A stretch of 64,000 nucleotides of DNA from Candidatus Latescibacterota bacterium (GTDB lineage Bacteria; Latescibacterota; UBA2968): assembly GCA_965208125.1 (NCBI GenBank), contig OZ242320.1, positions 4,032,001 to 4,096,000 on the forward strand, read 5' to 3'. The notes beneath the pieces were generated by a model. The model worked only from the letters and a program-made list of their open reading frames with translations, did no database searches and had not been told where the DNA came from. Position numbers and translations under genes: made by a program. Below, piece by piece: positions 50,360 to 59,962 of the stretch (position 1 is the first letter of the stretch; each line of letters opens with the position of its first letter).

Positions 50360-51703
50360 TCACCTCAGATCATTTTCTCCCAACACGTATTTGATCTGTA
50401 CGTTCCCGTCTTTATCGACGATTTTCATGTTTAGTTCGCGGTTGCCTTTGGGGCCTGAGAAACGGAGTAGCCCGAAGTTGAAACCGGGATAGACGGTTGC
50501 GATACTCTGTGGGTTTCCGCGCCAGCCCGAGCGGGATCTCTGGACGATTGGGTCTGTTCTGACGGCGGCGTTGGAACTGAGCAATTCAAAGAGAGGATAG
50601 GTGTCCTGTCCCTCGCGATAGAGGCGGTTGAGCGTCCCAACGTGCCAATCGCCTGCGATGAAGACGACACCGGTGATGTTTTCGGCGAACATCCATTTCA
50701 GGAAGTCGTCTCGCTCTGTACCGAAATTGTCCCAGCGCTCGCCACGTCCCGTGAAGTCAACGACCATGCTATTTCCATTGGCGATTACTTTGAACGTCGC
50801 TGTACTCGCCTTCAGGGATGCTTTCAGCCAGTCGATCTGCCCTTGTCCGAACATGGTCTTGCGGTCTTCTGCTTCGTTCGGGTCCCTATGATAGCGGTCG
50901 TCGAGCATGAAGAACTCGACATCGGAAATTCGAAACTTGTGAAAGATCCCCTTTGTCTGGGAAGTGCCCCCGCCCGAGTTCGGCCAATACCTTCGATACA
51001 GTTCCAGGGTTTCTTCCCGGTAGGAGAATGTGCGATCGGAGTTGTTGGGCCCATAGTCGTGGTCGTCCCAGATTCCATAGCTGGGCGTCGTTGCCATTAG
51101 TGCTCTGATTTCCGGTACATGTCGCACTTCGCGATGATATCCCGCCATTGCATAGCGGACTGGATCCGGGACCTCGCCGTAGTGACTGGATCGTCCCGGC
51201 ATGTAGTTGATGTCGCCAATAAAGAGAAATGCGTTTGGGCGGTGCTGCAAGACTTCTGCAAATGCAGGTTGCATGGGCTGTGTTCCCGGGTTCAAGCAGG
51301 ATCCGAATCCCACGGAGAAATCAGCGACGTAGGTTGAATCATTCTGTCGCGGTTGCATCGCGGGCATTGTACGGAATACCTGGGGAACGAGTGCTCTTAC
51401 CTGTTTCCCATTTACCGAAATCGCGTAGTGAACCCTTGTGTTCTGCACAAGTCCGTTCAGTGTCACCGTGCCAGTGTGGGGATAGCTTTCCGAGGTCATT
51501 GTCTCGACTGCTGCACGGGTGATCGTCATAGCTCTGCCCGTTTGCGTCCAGTAATCTACTGTGACCTTTGCTGGCGCGTCTGTCTCAACCCAGATTATCG
51601 CCGACGATGTCGTCGTATGGCTTATCATTGGGCCTGCAAGTAGCTCTGCAGCCATCATCCGCGATGGAATGAGCATCAGTACTGTTAAGATCAAAATTTT
51701 CAT
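50360..51703 (-). CDS. phoD: Alkaline phosphatase D family protein
   Basis: FGSC, GDINY, WDDHDYG, LDDRY, GDWH; signal peptide. Confidence 0.85.
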   Translation of the reverse strand: MKILILTVLMLIPSRMMAAELLAGPMISHTTTSSAIIWVETDAPAKVTVDYWTQTGRAMTITRAAVETMTSESYPHTGTVTLNGLVQNTRVHYAISVNGKQVRALVPQVFRTMPAMQPRQNDSTYVADFSVGFGSCLNPGTQPMQPAFAEVLQHRPNAFLFIGDINYMPGRSSHYGEVPDPVRYAMAGYHREVRHVPEIRALMATTPSYGIWDDHDYGPNNSDRTFSYREETLELYRRYWPNSGGGTSQTKGIFHKFRISDVEFFMLDDRYHRDPNEAEDRKTMFGQGQIDWLKASLKASTATFKVIANGNSMVVDFTGRGERWDNFGTERDDFLKWMFAENITGVVFIAGDWHVGTLNRLYREGQDTYPLFELLSSNAAVRTDPIVQRSRSGWRGNPQSIATVYPGFNFGLLRFSGPKGNRELNMKIVDKDGNVQIKYVLGENDLR

Positions 51704-52200
51704 CCTTCCTCCTCTTCTGTAAAGGTTTTGGAACGTATTGTTTTTGCCAGTTCTTCGGATCGCTGAGAGCCAATCAATAATCGCTTTCCATTGGTTAGCT
51801 CCAATTGTACGCCATGATCTCCACTCACATTATAAGCCATTCCTTTAGTTCCATATCGAATTCCCCATCCGCCATATTCTTTGATTGGGCTGTACTGTCT
51901 GGCATCACATTTTGCAATTTCTGAGAATGGGATTCTCTCTCTCTTCAGCGGAAAGAATCGGATGTGAATGGCATCATTTTTGACTTCAGTTATCATCTTT
52001 ATCGAAAGCATAAACACCGGTACTAATACCAGAGCCAGAGCAATGGCACCATAAATAAGCATATTGGTGCCAGACATTGGCCAGTTCCGAAATACCTTGA
52101 ATCCTATATAGATCAAAGCTGAGATGCAAGGTACAAGTACAATAGCCAATAGCCAGCCCTGTCTAAATTGCTGAATTTCGATGAAATTTGAGTTGTGCAT
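51700..52200 (-). CDS. DUF6141-like membrane protein (bacterial PH-like domain)
   Basis: F.E.QQFRQ.W, two TM helices, YSPIKEYGGWGIR, LLIGSQ. Confidence 0.75.
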   Translation of the reverse strand: MHNSNFIEIQQFRQGWLLAIVLVPCISALIYIGFKVFRNWPMSGTNMLIYGAIALALVLVPVFMLSIKMITEVKNDAIHIRFFPLKRERIPFSEIAKCDARQYSPIKEYGGWGIRYGTKGMAYNVSGDHGVQLELTNGKRLLIGSQRSEELAKTIRSKTFTEEEEG

Positions 52201-53190
52201 TTATGACTCCCAGGGAATGGGTACATCGATCTCTGTGGCAATGTGTTGCAACATGTCGAGATGTTCTTCGGTCAGCGGGATACCGCTTTGCTCGCGTGTT
52301 TGTTCGCGTTGCCATTCCAAACTGCCGGGAACTTCGGCGCTCGACAAGCCCGGCATGGGGTTCAGTGACCGGCTTTCGCGCAAAATGCGAGAGATTTCTG
52401 CCTTATAAGCCTCCAAGTCTCCCAGTTGAGCCACATCAATCGCCACAATCATAAATCCCCGCGTGGCGCTTGAAAATTTTGGTCTGTGCGATTCAGGTGT
52501 TGCTGTGCCTGCTAAAATACCCGCCAGGAACCACGATGTAAATCGCATGCCCAAACTTTTAAAAATAAAATCCGGGAATGTCTGCAATGCCTCGGCGAGT
52601 TTGCTGCGGTCTTTCAACATGTTTGCATTCATGTCCAGTACAAAAGGCGGACCTTCTGCAGTTGGTATGCCAAAACACATCGGGGGGGCAGACATCGCAT
52701 CCCATACCGTTGCATCGGGGCGCGTCGGTTTGGTCCAGGCGATTCCCCCTGCCACGCAAAGGGTCGCCAGGTCGCGCGTTAGTGCCAGCCGCGCGTAGAT
52801 CCCCGCGCTGCCCACATGGCCGTGATTGCGCGTGCTCGCAACGGCAATGCCGTTTGTTTTCGCCTTTTCAATGACGGCCTCTGTTGCCCGCGTTGCTATG
52901 AGGTAACCCGCACCGCCATCGCCATCAAAAATCGCCATTGAAGGGGCATCCATGATCTGGACAATTTCGGGCTGTGGGTTAATGCGCCCTTCTCGAAACT
53001 CAGCCACATACCGCCGCAACTGTCGCGTGCCGTGTGAGGCCACCCCGCGCAAATCCACATCTACAAGATAGCGCGCGATCAACGCGGCATCGCCATCTGG
53101 CAAACCGACTTTGTGCAATGCTGCGGTAGCAAAGTCGCGCAACAGATCGGGCATGATACGCCTGGCGTCTTCGGGGATATAAACGGGCAT
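52201..53190 (-). CDS. Ldh_2 family (Mdh/AllD/ComC-like) oxidoreductase
   Basis: DLRGVASHG, DGDGG.G, NHGHVG, LDM, PG. Confidence 0.85.
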   Translation of the reverse strand: MPVYIPEDARRIMPDLLRDFATAALHKVGLPDGDAALIARYLVDVDLRGVASHGTRQLRRYVAEFREGRINPQPEIVQIMDAPSMAIFDGDGGAGYLIATRATEAVIEKAKTNGIAVASTRNHGHVGSAGIYARLALTRDLATLCVAGGIAWTKPTRPDATVWDAMSAPPMCFGIPTAEGPPFVLDMNANMLKDRSKLAEALQTFPDFIFKSLGMRFTSWFLAGILAGTATPESHRPKFSSATRGFMIVAIDVAQLGDLEAYKAEISRILRESRSLNPMPGLSSAEVPGSLEWQREQTREQSGIPLTEEHLDMLQHIATEIDVPIPWES

Positions 53191-53211
53191 GAAGTCTCCT
53201 GCGAGGTGGAA

Positions 53212-54447
53212 TTACTGTTCCGTCCAACTGGCGATGAAGTCCGCCGTGCTGTAGTCCGAGGGCATTTCGTTGAAATAGTGCTTCATAGGGATGGACTGAA
53301 AGCCCGGCACAAAGTGTTCTTCGTCCGATTGGAGCAGTGCTTCGAGTGGGCTGAAGCGATCCCAGAGCAAGCAGGCTTCGTCAGAGGTGAATCGTTCGGC
53401 GAATTTCGATCCCCAGTTGAGCGTGATGGGATGTTTTCCCAGCAGGCGACGCTGGAGGTCTTCGGCGATGCCCTGAAGTGGGGGATCTTTTCGCAGTCGA
53501 ATCGCAAGTGCCGCTTTGCAGAGGAATACGGTTGACAGAATTCTACCTTTTTCGGCCCGCCACGGATGGAGGTTGTCCAGGGCGCTGAGATACGCGGTGC
53601 TATCTTTGGCAAGAATAGCCCTCAGTGCGTCTTCCGTGTGCTGCATCATCTGTTCGCTGCGGTTGTTCCAGCGCGCGAATGCCTCCTGTGCCTGCGGAGA
53701 GAGGTAGTTGGTAAACGAGAGGTCCTTGATTGAAGTGTGGGTCGAGAAGCCACCGTGGATGGTTCGCCGCATTTTGGGGCTGTAGTTGCTGCCCCAGTGG
53801 AGGATGGGGAGGATATAGACGACGCCGTCACCGGCTTCGAGGTGTGTCTGTACGCCATTGGGTAGTGGGCGGCAGGGGTCTGCCAACAATAGTTCGTTCT
53901 CTTCGGAGGTGTTCAGTCGCAGATGGCTGCCGGGTATCACCCAGAGGACGCTGTCGTCGTAGAGTGGGATGTTCCACTGGACGTAACGCGGGCCTCCTTC
54001 GAGGATGTCGTCGATATAGCCCTGGAGCGGTGCTGTGTCGATCGGATGATGATCTCGGTGCCACTTTGCCGGGCCGTGATTCCTGATGGGATTGCACATC
54101 ATCATCATTTCTGTGACGGCTCCGTCCGCGATATCGAGAAGTTCTGTGCTGACCCCGTGGATGTTTTCCTCGAGCCATACTTCGACCGCTGGCGCGGTCT
54201 CCTGGTCGATCTGATTGACGAGCGGCTGCCGTGAGAGTTGCAGGCGAGGCTGCGGCGCTGTTTCCCATACGCCTCCGGGGGGATCATTTCCCGCGCGCTC
54301 GGCTTTCCAGTTTTCGCGCTGGCGGTCAACGAGTGTTTCATACGCCTGTCGGACGCGTTCGAGTTTGTCGCGTGGCACAGCTTCCTTGACGATGAGGTAG
54401 CCGGTTTCTAAAAATTCGTCGCGGTTGAGTTTCATGGATGACTCCAA
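53212..54447 (-). CDS. PhyH family oxygenase with C-terminal extension
   Basis: GYLIV, WHRD, IPGSH, LHWGS, RRT; start may be 54435. Confidence 0.85.
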   Translation of the reverse strand: MESSMKLNRDEFLETGYLIVKEAVPRDKLERVRQAYETLVDRQRENWKAERAGNDPPGGVWETAPQPRLQLSRQPLVNQIDQETAPAVEVWLEENIHGVSTELLDIADGAVTEMMMMCNPIRNHGPAKWHRDHHPIDTAPLQGYIDDILEGGPRYVQWNIPLYDDSVLWVIPGSHLRLNTSEENELLLADPCRPLPNGVQTHLEAGDGVVYILPILHWGSNYSPKMRRTIHGGFSTHTSIKDLSFTNYLSPQAQEAFARWNNRSEQMMQHTEDALRAILAKDSTAYLSALDNLHPWRAEKGRILSTVFLCKAALAIRLRKDPPLQGIAEDLQRRLLGKHPITLNWGSKFAERFTSDEACLLWDRFSPLEALLQSDEEHFVPGFQSIPMKHYFNEMPSDYSTADFIASWTEQ

Positions 54448-54511
54448 TCGGGGTAAAGGAGGACGGTGTCACCTAATATTGTGGCCTGTGGGCTGGGAAC
54501 CAGCCTTGTCC

Positions 54512-54826
54512 TTATACTTTAAGTCCTATGTCACATGGCTCAATCGCCTCTATTTCCTCGGCCTCAGATTGGGTGGCCTGATACAGATCCCAACGAAGTT
54601 GGAGATTCAGCCAAAACGCGGGCGACACATCGAAATATTTTGCCAGACGCAGGGCTGTGCTTGGCGTCATACCGCGGTGACCATTCACCAATTCGTTGAT
54701 CCTCTGATAAGGAACATGAATGGCATCGGCCAATTCGCGTTGCGTTAAACCCAAAGGATTGAGAAACTCCTCCAGCAGCATCTCGCCTGGATGAGTTGGA
54801 ACACGATTTGTTGGAATACGTACCAT
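54512..54826 (-). CDS. higA: HigA family antitoxin
   Basis: PTHPGEMLLEEFL.PLG.TQ.ELA...RINE..G.R..T..TALRL..YF..S..FWLNLQ. Confidence 0.95.
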   Translation of the reverse strand: MVRIPTNRVPTHPGEMLLEEFLNPLGLTQRELADAIHVPYQRINELVNGHRGMTPSTALRLAKYFDVSPAFWLNLQLRWDLYQATQSEAEEIEAIEPCDIGLKV

Positions 54827-54869
54827 TGAGGATATCCTCAGTGCCAGTACGCCGGAACAATTGAATCAT
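54822..54869 (-). pseudogene. higB: 5' stub of HigB (RelE-like) toxin
   Basis: MIQLFRRTGTEDILNG resembles a HigB N-terminus, then runs out of frame into the higA ATG. Confidence 0.75.
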
Positions 54870-54875
54870 GATAGC

Positions 54876-54904
54876 ATCATAACATGGAACCCATGCTATG
54901 TCAA
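54876..54904 (-). promoter_or_regulatory. higBA promoter with palindromic operator; probably leaderless
   Basis: TTGACA-N17-TATGAT; 9/10 inverted repeat CATAGCATGG-gtt-CCATGTTATG between the hexamers; ATG 6 nt after -10. Confidence 0.8.
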
Positions 54905-55050
54905 TATGTCAGATGAGATTGATGTCGGGAACTGAGCATGTAATCCAAGTCTCATATCAGATAATGTTTTAATATACCTGAATCACATAGTGGTTGGGCG
55001 AATGACGTAAGCTCAAAGCCGGACAAGGACATGTTAGGCGAAGGCGCTTT

Positions 55051-55518
55051 CTACCCGGTCTGGATAAGTACGAAATTTTCATCATCGTTCGGAGGCTCAA
55101 AGCGATTGATGAATTCTGTAAATGCCTGATCGTTGATCCAGAGTGCATCGTGGTCGCTTTTAGAACGTGTTAGGACCCGGTTCCGCAGTACGTCAATGGG
55201 AGCGTCGAGGAAATAGAGTTTTGAGTCCGCGCCTATAGCCGCCGCCGCTTGCCTAACATTTTCGCGATCTCTTTTGTACCAGAATCCCTTATCGAGTATG
55301 ACATCTGTGCCGAGGGCGAGATTGCGCGTGGCAATGCGCCAGATCAGGTTGGAAACGCGGTTGAAAAGTACTTCAAACTGCTCGGGCGATCTGCCATAGA
55401 GTTGAACCATCCACTCGTCATAAGTGTATCGTATGGCTCTATGAGTCTTCTCAAGTTCCCGAGCAAAAGTGGTCTTGCCCGAACCCGGTCGGCCACAGAG
55501 TAAGTGAACGGTTGCCAT
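55051..55518 (-). CDS. AAA_33-type P-loop kinase/ATPase
   Basis: CGRPGSGKTT, DEWM, VILDKGFW...R, FEPP. Confidence 0.85.
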   Translation of the reverse strand: MATVHLLCGRPGSGKTTFARELEKTHRAIRYTYDEWMVQLYGRSPEQFEVLFNRVSNLIWRIATRNLALGTDVILDKGFWYKRDRENVRQAAAAIGADSKLYFLDAPIDVLRNRVLTRSKSDHDALWINDQAFTEFINRFEPPNDDENFVLIQTG

Positions 55519-55541
55519 TGTGTCTGATCGATACCTCTTTT

Positions 55542-56357
55542 TTAATCGTCTGGTTTCTGTCCGATGTAGAGTATGTGTCTGGATGAAGCCACCATGCTTT
55601 GTTCCGCGCTGATTTCGAATAGGAGATCCAACCAGAGATCTCTCTGTTTTCCCTTAAGCGTGTTGTAGCTTTCGTCGTTTGCGGAGATAGCTGGCTCGAC
55701 ACCTGCAATTTTGAGGGTGCGAAATCCCACATGCTCATGCATGGGGGCGATTTCTTCCTGCCGAACATAATAGCCCCGAAAACCCCCTTTTGGAGCATTG
55801 GCGGGGCGGTGGCCTTGTTCTATATGTGACCAAACCTCTTCCTGATTTTCAATCCACGAAGGGTTGTCCTTGACGAGGTTCCCAAGAATGCCAAATCTGG
55901 AAATCATTGCAGAAAAGATTACGCCCCCTGGTTTCAGGCAGGCGTAGGCGGATCGCAGGGCTGCTGTTCGGTCGGTTTCAAGTAATAGGTGATAGAGAGG
56001 CCCCATGAGGAGAACAGCTTCGAATTCGCCACGCGGAATCCCATCCAGTTGGCGCGCATCGCCAGTGCGGAAAACGATTTGATCAGAAAGGTTAAGCTCT
56101 TCCGCTTTCGCCTTGCATCGGGTGACGTACTCGTCGGCGAGGTCAATAGCCGTGATCTGGTGGCCTCGTTTTGCCAGGGGAAAGGTATAAAATCCCGTGC
56201 CGAAACCAATTTCGAGGAGCCTGCCGCGAGGAGGAAGGTATAGGTTCAGATAGCGCCAGGTGATATCTGCTTCGAGTTGGTGGCGTTCCAACCTGTTCGC
56301 CTCTACATCCCAGGCAGCGTTGTAAAACTCGCGTATGTCGGTCAGGTCGTCCATCAT
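55542..56357 (-). CDS. Class I SAM-dependent methyltransferase
   Basis: LEIGFGTG, GDAR, MGPLYHL, LKPGG. Confidence 0.9.
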   Translation of the reverse strand: MMDDLTDIREFYNAAWDVEANRLERHQLEADITWRYLNLYLPPRGRLLEIGFGTGFYTFPLAKRGHQITAIDLADEYVTRCKAKAEELNLSDQIVFRTGDARQLDGIPRGEFEAVLLMGPLYHLLLETDRTAALRSAYACLKPGGVIFSAMISRFGILGNLVKDNPSWIENQEEVWSHIEQGHRPANAPKGGFRGYYVRQEEIAPMHEHVGFRTLKIAGVEPAISANDESYNTLKGKQRDLWLDLLFEISAEQSMVASSRHILYIGQKPDD

Positions 56358-56394
56358 GTCAGCGGATCGCTCTATCTACCTGTGGTCCTTTCCG

Positions 56395-57489
56395 TTACCT
56401 CGGCTCGTTGGGATATAAATTCTCTACATATTTGTCATACCCGTTGAACAACAGGGTCGGACGTATTTCGGGATTCGAAGCATTGGTGGTGATAAACCGT
56501 TCCTGGGCTTGAGACCACCGGGGATGGGCGACCTTGGGATTGACATTGGCAAAGAAGCCATATTCCCTTGGGCGGAGCGTATTCCAGAAGGTCCTCGGCT
56601 GCTCGCGGACAAACTCAATGCTCACGAGCGATTTGATGCTCTTAAAGCCGTATTTCCAGGGCGCGACCAGACGGATGGGTGCCCCGTGCTGGTTGGGCAT
56701 TTCGTGGCCGTAAATCCCCGTGGCTATAAAAGCGAGTTCGTTTGTCGCTTCTTCCATCGTCAGCCCTTCGACATAGGGCCAGGGATAGTGGGGGGCGTTG
56801 AGCTGACCAGGAGCCTGATTCGGATCCAGAAAGGTTGTCATCTTGACGAAGTTTGCCGTAGAAAGCGGTTGTACCAAATCTATGAGGGCTTTCATCGGAA
56901 AACCGGTCCACGGTATCGCCATAGACCACGCCTCTACACACCGCAAGCGGTAAAGCCGTTCCTCCAGCGGAATAGCGCGGACCAGATCACCAAAATCGTA
57001 TGTCTTTTCCTGGGGGACCTCTCCCTTGATTACCACTGTCCAGGGGTCTGTCATGAAGTTTTCCGATAGCGGCTTCACCTGCGTCTTTCCGGTGCTGAAT
57101 TCATAAAAATTATTGTATGATCCGGCTATTGACTCCTCGGTTAAAGGCCGGTCCAGTTCATTGAATTCATCATTGAGTTGAGCGGGGTAAAGCGGTTGCG
57201 GCGGCTGTGGTGGTTGCGGCGGATCCGGCGGTTGCTGTGGCGGTTGTGGTGGTTGCTGTGGATCCTGAGGTTGCTGTGGTTGTTGCGGTTGCTGCGGTGG
57301 TTGTGGTTGTTGAGGCTCCTCTGTCGGCGTAGTGGGTGCTCTTTCAGCAGGGGTAAAAATCTTCTCATGTCCGCAGCCTGCTAACGCTCCCAGGGCACCT
57401 CCTGTGGCCACCATAAACTTTCGCCGGTTCATATAAACATCTTCCGGCGTGGCCTCTCTCTCGGGTATTTCCCAACCTCGTTTTGGCAT
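56395..57489 (-). CDS. msrP: Protein-methionine-sulfoxide reductase catalytic subunit MsrP
   Basis: Tat motif NRRKF; YNNFYEF, RCVEAWS (Moco Cys), GAPIRLV.PWKYGFKSIK, EYGFFANVNP..HPRWSQA. Confidence 0.95.
   Translation of the reverse strand: MPKRGWEIPEREATPEDVYMNRRKFMVATGGALGALAGCGHEKIFTPAERAPTTPTEEPQQPQPPQQPQQPQQPQDPQQPPQPPQQPPDPPQPPQPPQPLYPAQLNDEFNELDRPLTEESIAGSYNNFYEFSTGKTQVKPLSENFMTDPWTVVIKGEVPQEKTYDFGDLVRAIPLEERLYRLRCVEAWSMAIPWTGFPMKALIDLVQPLSTANFVKMTTFLDPNQAPGQLNAPHYPWPYVEGLTMEEATNELAFIATGIYGHEMPNQHGAPIRLVAPWKYGFKSIKSLVSIEFVREQPRTFWNTLRPREYGFFANVNPKVAHPRWSQAQERFITTNASNPEIRPTLLFNGYDKYVENLYPNEPR
57190..57315 (-). repeat. Low-complexity Pro/Gln coding repeat within msrP
   Basis: Imperfect 9-nt units encoding PQQ/PQP/DPQ. 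Confidence 0.85.
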
Positions 57490-57517
57490 ATAAAACCTCC
57501 TTGATCAGATTCCCGGC

Positions 57518-58369
57518 TTATCTTTTAAATGCTATTCCAAACAAAAACGTATTTCCCGCAGAGGTGTTGCAGCCCGTTGCGATGCGAATCATATCCACGC
57601 TCAGTTCCATCCAATCGGTTAAACGGTAAATCACTCCAGGAGAGAGTTTTAAGACACTCTGGTCACCGATCAATCCCACCTCTTCAACCGGGTTGCATGT
57701 TCCGAAGCTACGGATACCAGAAAGATACCCTTTGAACAGGAACCGGTCCACTGTAATCCCGACCTCCAGGGCATAAAACCATTCATTACTGATGTCTCCT
57801 CCGCGGACCCGGTAGCCTATCTCTCCGGTCACGTAAATTGGAGCAGGGTACAGCGACTGGCCCAGTAACAGCCGAATATCTGCATCCATCTTTTTAGAAC
57901 TCAGGGGAACCCGCGTGTTGGGGTCGTCATCGTGCCACAGTGGAATTTTACCCCCTATGGCCAGTGATGCGACCACGGGCTGATTGGCCAAAAGCCACCG
58001 CAAACGCATTTCCATGTCGCCAAACCCCCATCGACGCTCCAGAGCTGTTCCTGTAATAACCTCATCGAGATCTCTCAGGGTGCGGGTATCCTGCAGCCGT
58101 TTGTAGGGGACGGAAGATACAAGCGTTAGCCGGTCCAGCAGGCCGTATTCCAGATAGGCAGAATAATTGAGGTCTCTCAGTTCCCCCATATTTGCTTTCT
58201 GAATCTGCTCGCCGTTGGCATCAATATCTATGGTCGAGTTCAAATAGCTGGCTCCGACTTTGAAATAATAGCCACCCTTTTTCTGAGTCCACGCGCCAGC
58301 AAATGCCGCAGACGTCAGGCCCAGATAGGTGGCGCATATAGCGAGAAAAAACAGACTTCGATATATCAT
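57518..58369 (-). CDS. Putative outer-membrane beta-barrel protein
   Basis: Signal peptide then AGAWTQKKG; YLEYGL.DRLT; FGDME; alternating beta pattern to the C-terminus. Confidence 0.6.
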   Translation of the reverse strand: MIYRSLFFLAICATYLGLTSAAFAGAWTQKKGGYYFKVGASYLNSTIDIDANGEQIQKANMGELRDLNYSAYLEYGLLDRLTLVSSVPYKRLQDTRTLRDLDEVITGTALERRWGFGDMEMRLRWLLANQPVVASLAIGGKIPLWHDDDPNTRVPLSSKKMDADIRLLLGQSLYPAPIYVTGEIGYRVRGGDISNEWFYALEVGITVDRFLFKGYLSGIRSFGTCNPVEEVGLIGDQSVLKLSPGVIYRLTDWMELSVDMIRIATGCNTSAGNTFLFGIAFKR

Positions 58370-58414
58370 TGGTTTACCCCATATTTCGAGAGGTTTTATT
58401 GATCGTGTCAGCAT

Positions 58415-58443
58415 TATAAAGCCTGTAATCAATTTAAGTTCCT
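58415..58443 (-). pseudogene. RBS plus first 6 codons of a metallophosphoesterase paralog
   Basis: 26/29 nt identical to 62814-62842 (MITGFI vs MIIGFI). Confidence 0.6.
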
Positions 58444-58449
58444 CTTCCC

Positions 58450-59943
58450 TCAGCCCTCTTCGATGACGGCCGTGTGGGCAGTCATCGTCGCACTGGGCGA
58501 AAGTCGCGGTCTCAGGTTGCTGGCAGTCGTCAGCCCCCGGAGCCTTACTTGCCGGCAGGGGGTGTATGGGAAAGGACGTTGCTCAGATGCGGAGGCCTGT
58601 TCTACGCCATCGTGGAAGTCGTCCGGGGTGGTGAATAAGTACATGCCCTTGTAATTATCGGGCGTATTGGAATCATCTACGAATAGTCCGTCGATAACGA
58701 CTTCTTCGGGCATAGAGCAGGGGTATCCGAAATCGTGCATGCCGTCGTTGGCAACATTGATCATGTGAGGCTGACAGATGTCTCCACAAGCCGGAATCCA
58801 TCGGCAGTTGCGGATCTCGAGCGCTCCCTCCCATGTGCTGCCATAGTCGCGCCGAAAGGAGACCAGGCTACTGCCGTACAACGTAGAATCCTCGACTATT
58901 AGCTGGCCTCTGCCGATCGCGTTTAGCCCCATATGGCCCAGGGTGCAGCGACGGATAACGTAGGTGCCGGAAACACCCATGTGCGTGTCCATTCTGGAGA
59001 GATGGCAGTCCTCGAGCAGGATGTCCTTGCAGAAGTTGGATCCGATCACGCCCCAGCGCGTGCGGTCGGTGATGTGGTTCATCCGACATCCAATCATTGT
59101 GAATCCCACGACGTTGTTCGCATTGTAGTCGTAGGTACCCATACTGACTGGCTTACCCGCCGCGCCGATGGTCGAGTAGATTTTGTGCCCGGTGGCGAAG
59201 CAGTTGCGCAGTGTGATATAGGCACACTGTTGCACGCTGATGAATCCGGAATAAGGACAGCCCACGGCGGTCTCGCCGACGACATAGTGGGTCAGGCCCG
59301 CGACTTCTGTCTTCGAGCGGGAGATCACAATGTTCCGGTTCCAGTAGTTGTAACCTTTTGGGTGGTGCTCGCGGTTGGCAAATGTGGTAAAGACGCCGCC
59401 GCGCAGGTAGAGCGTCTGGTCGTCAATTGGCCGCGCCTCCACCCGGGTGATCAGATCGTATTCCCAATCGATGTCCGCCTCCACCGAGCCGTCTCGGCGC
59501 AGGACAAAGCAGTCGTGCTGAGGAGTGCCGTCGTTCTGGTTGAGTCCTCGCCGGATATACAGTCTCTTGTGCGCGTTTTCCACGAGGACGTGACAGTCGC
59601 GCTTCGGCCGCGTATCCACCTGTCTCTGGTCTCTCGTGAGCCGATCGATCTGCAGTTCCTCCGGTTCCAACAGCGAGCGTACTTCAAAGAGATGCGCCTT
59701 GTGGTCTTCAACCTGTGTGTCGTCGATCGTGAAACGGGAGGTGTTCCAGTCGGTATCGGTTGCGATCACGGCGGTCAGTGCCTGACCACCGAGATGGTAC
59801 GTCGCATCTGGCTTTGTCCTGACACTCAGCCCGTGCGCGTTGGCATAGGCGTGTGCCTCGCAGATCGCCGGCATGTCATCCGTGACGCCGTCGCCCTTTG
59901 CACCGAAAGCCTCGTAGTCTATCGGGCCTTCTTTAAAATCCAT
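58450..59943 (-). CDS. Pectin-lyase-like beta-helix protein
   Basis: FGAKGDGVTDD..AI..AH N-terminal motif; beta-helix-like repeats. Confidence 0.65.
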   Translation of the reverse strand: MDFKEGPIDYEAFGAKGDGVTDDMPAICEAHAYANAHGLSVRTKPDATYHLGGQALTAVIATDTDWNTSRFTIDDTQVEDHKAHLFEVRSLLEPEELQIDRLTRDQRQVDTRPKRDCHVLVENAHKRLYIRRGLNQNDGTPQHDCFVLRRDGSVEADIDWEYDLITRVEARPIDDQTLYLRGGVFTTFANREHHPKGYNYWNRNIVISRSKTEVAGLTHYVVGETAVGCPYSGFISVQQCAYITLRNCFATGHKIYSTIGAAGKPVSMGTYDYNANNVVGFTMIGCRMNHITDRTRWGVIGSNFCKDILLEDCHLSRMDTHMGVSGTYVIRRCTLGHMGLNAIGRGQLIVEDSTLYGSSLVSFRRDYGSTWEGALEIRNCRWIPACGDICQPHMINVANDGMHDFGYPCSMPEEVVIDGLFVDDSNTPDNYKGMYLFTTPDDFHDGVEQASASEQRPFPYTPCRQVRLRGLTTASNLRPRLSPSATMTAHTAVIEEG

Positions 59944-59962
59944 GGATGTCTCCTTTTAAATG

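Noticed and set aside
54985-55045. GCCTAAC and GCCCAAC (RYYYAAC) after the AAA_33 stop, resembling attC R'' boxes
   Set aside because: No matching GTTRRRY end or extended attC hairpin; not repeated at other gene ends; no integrase
57190-57315. Tandem short repeats as a possible CRISPR or VNTR
   Set aside because: In-frame low-complexity linker inside msrP; no unique spacers or cas genes
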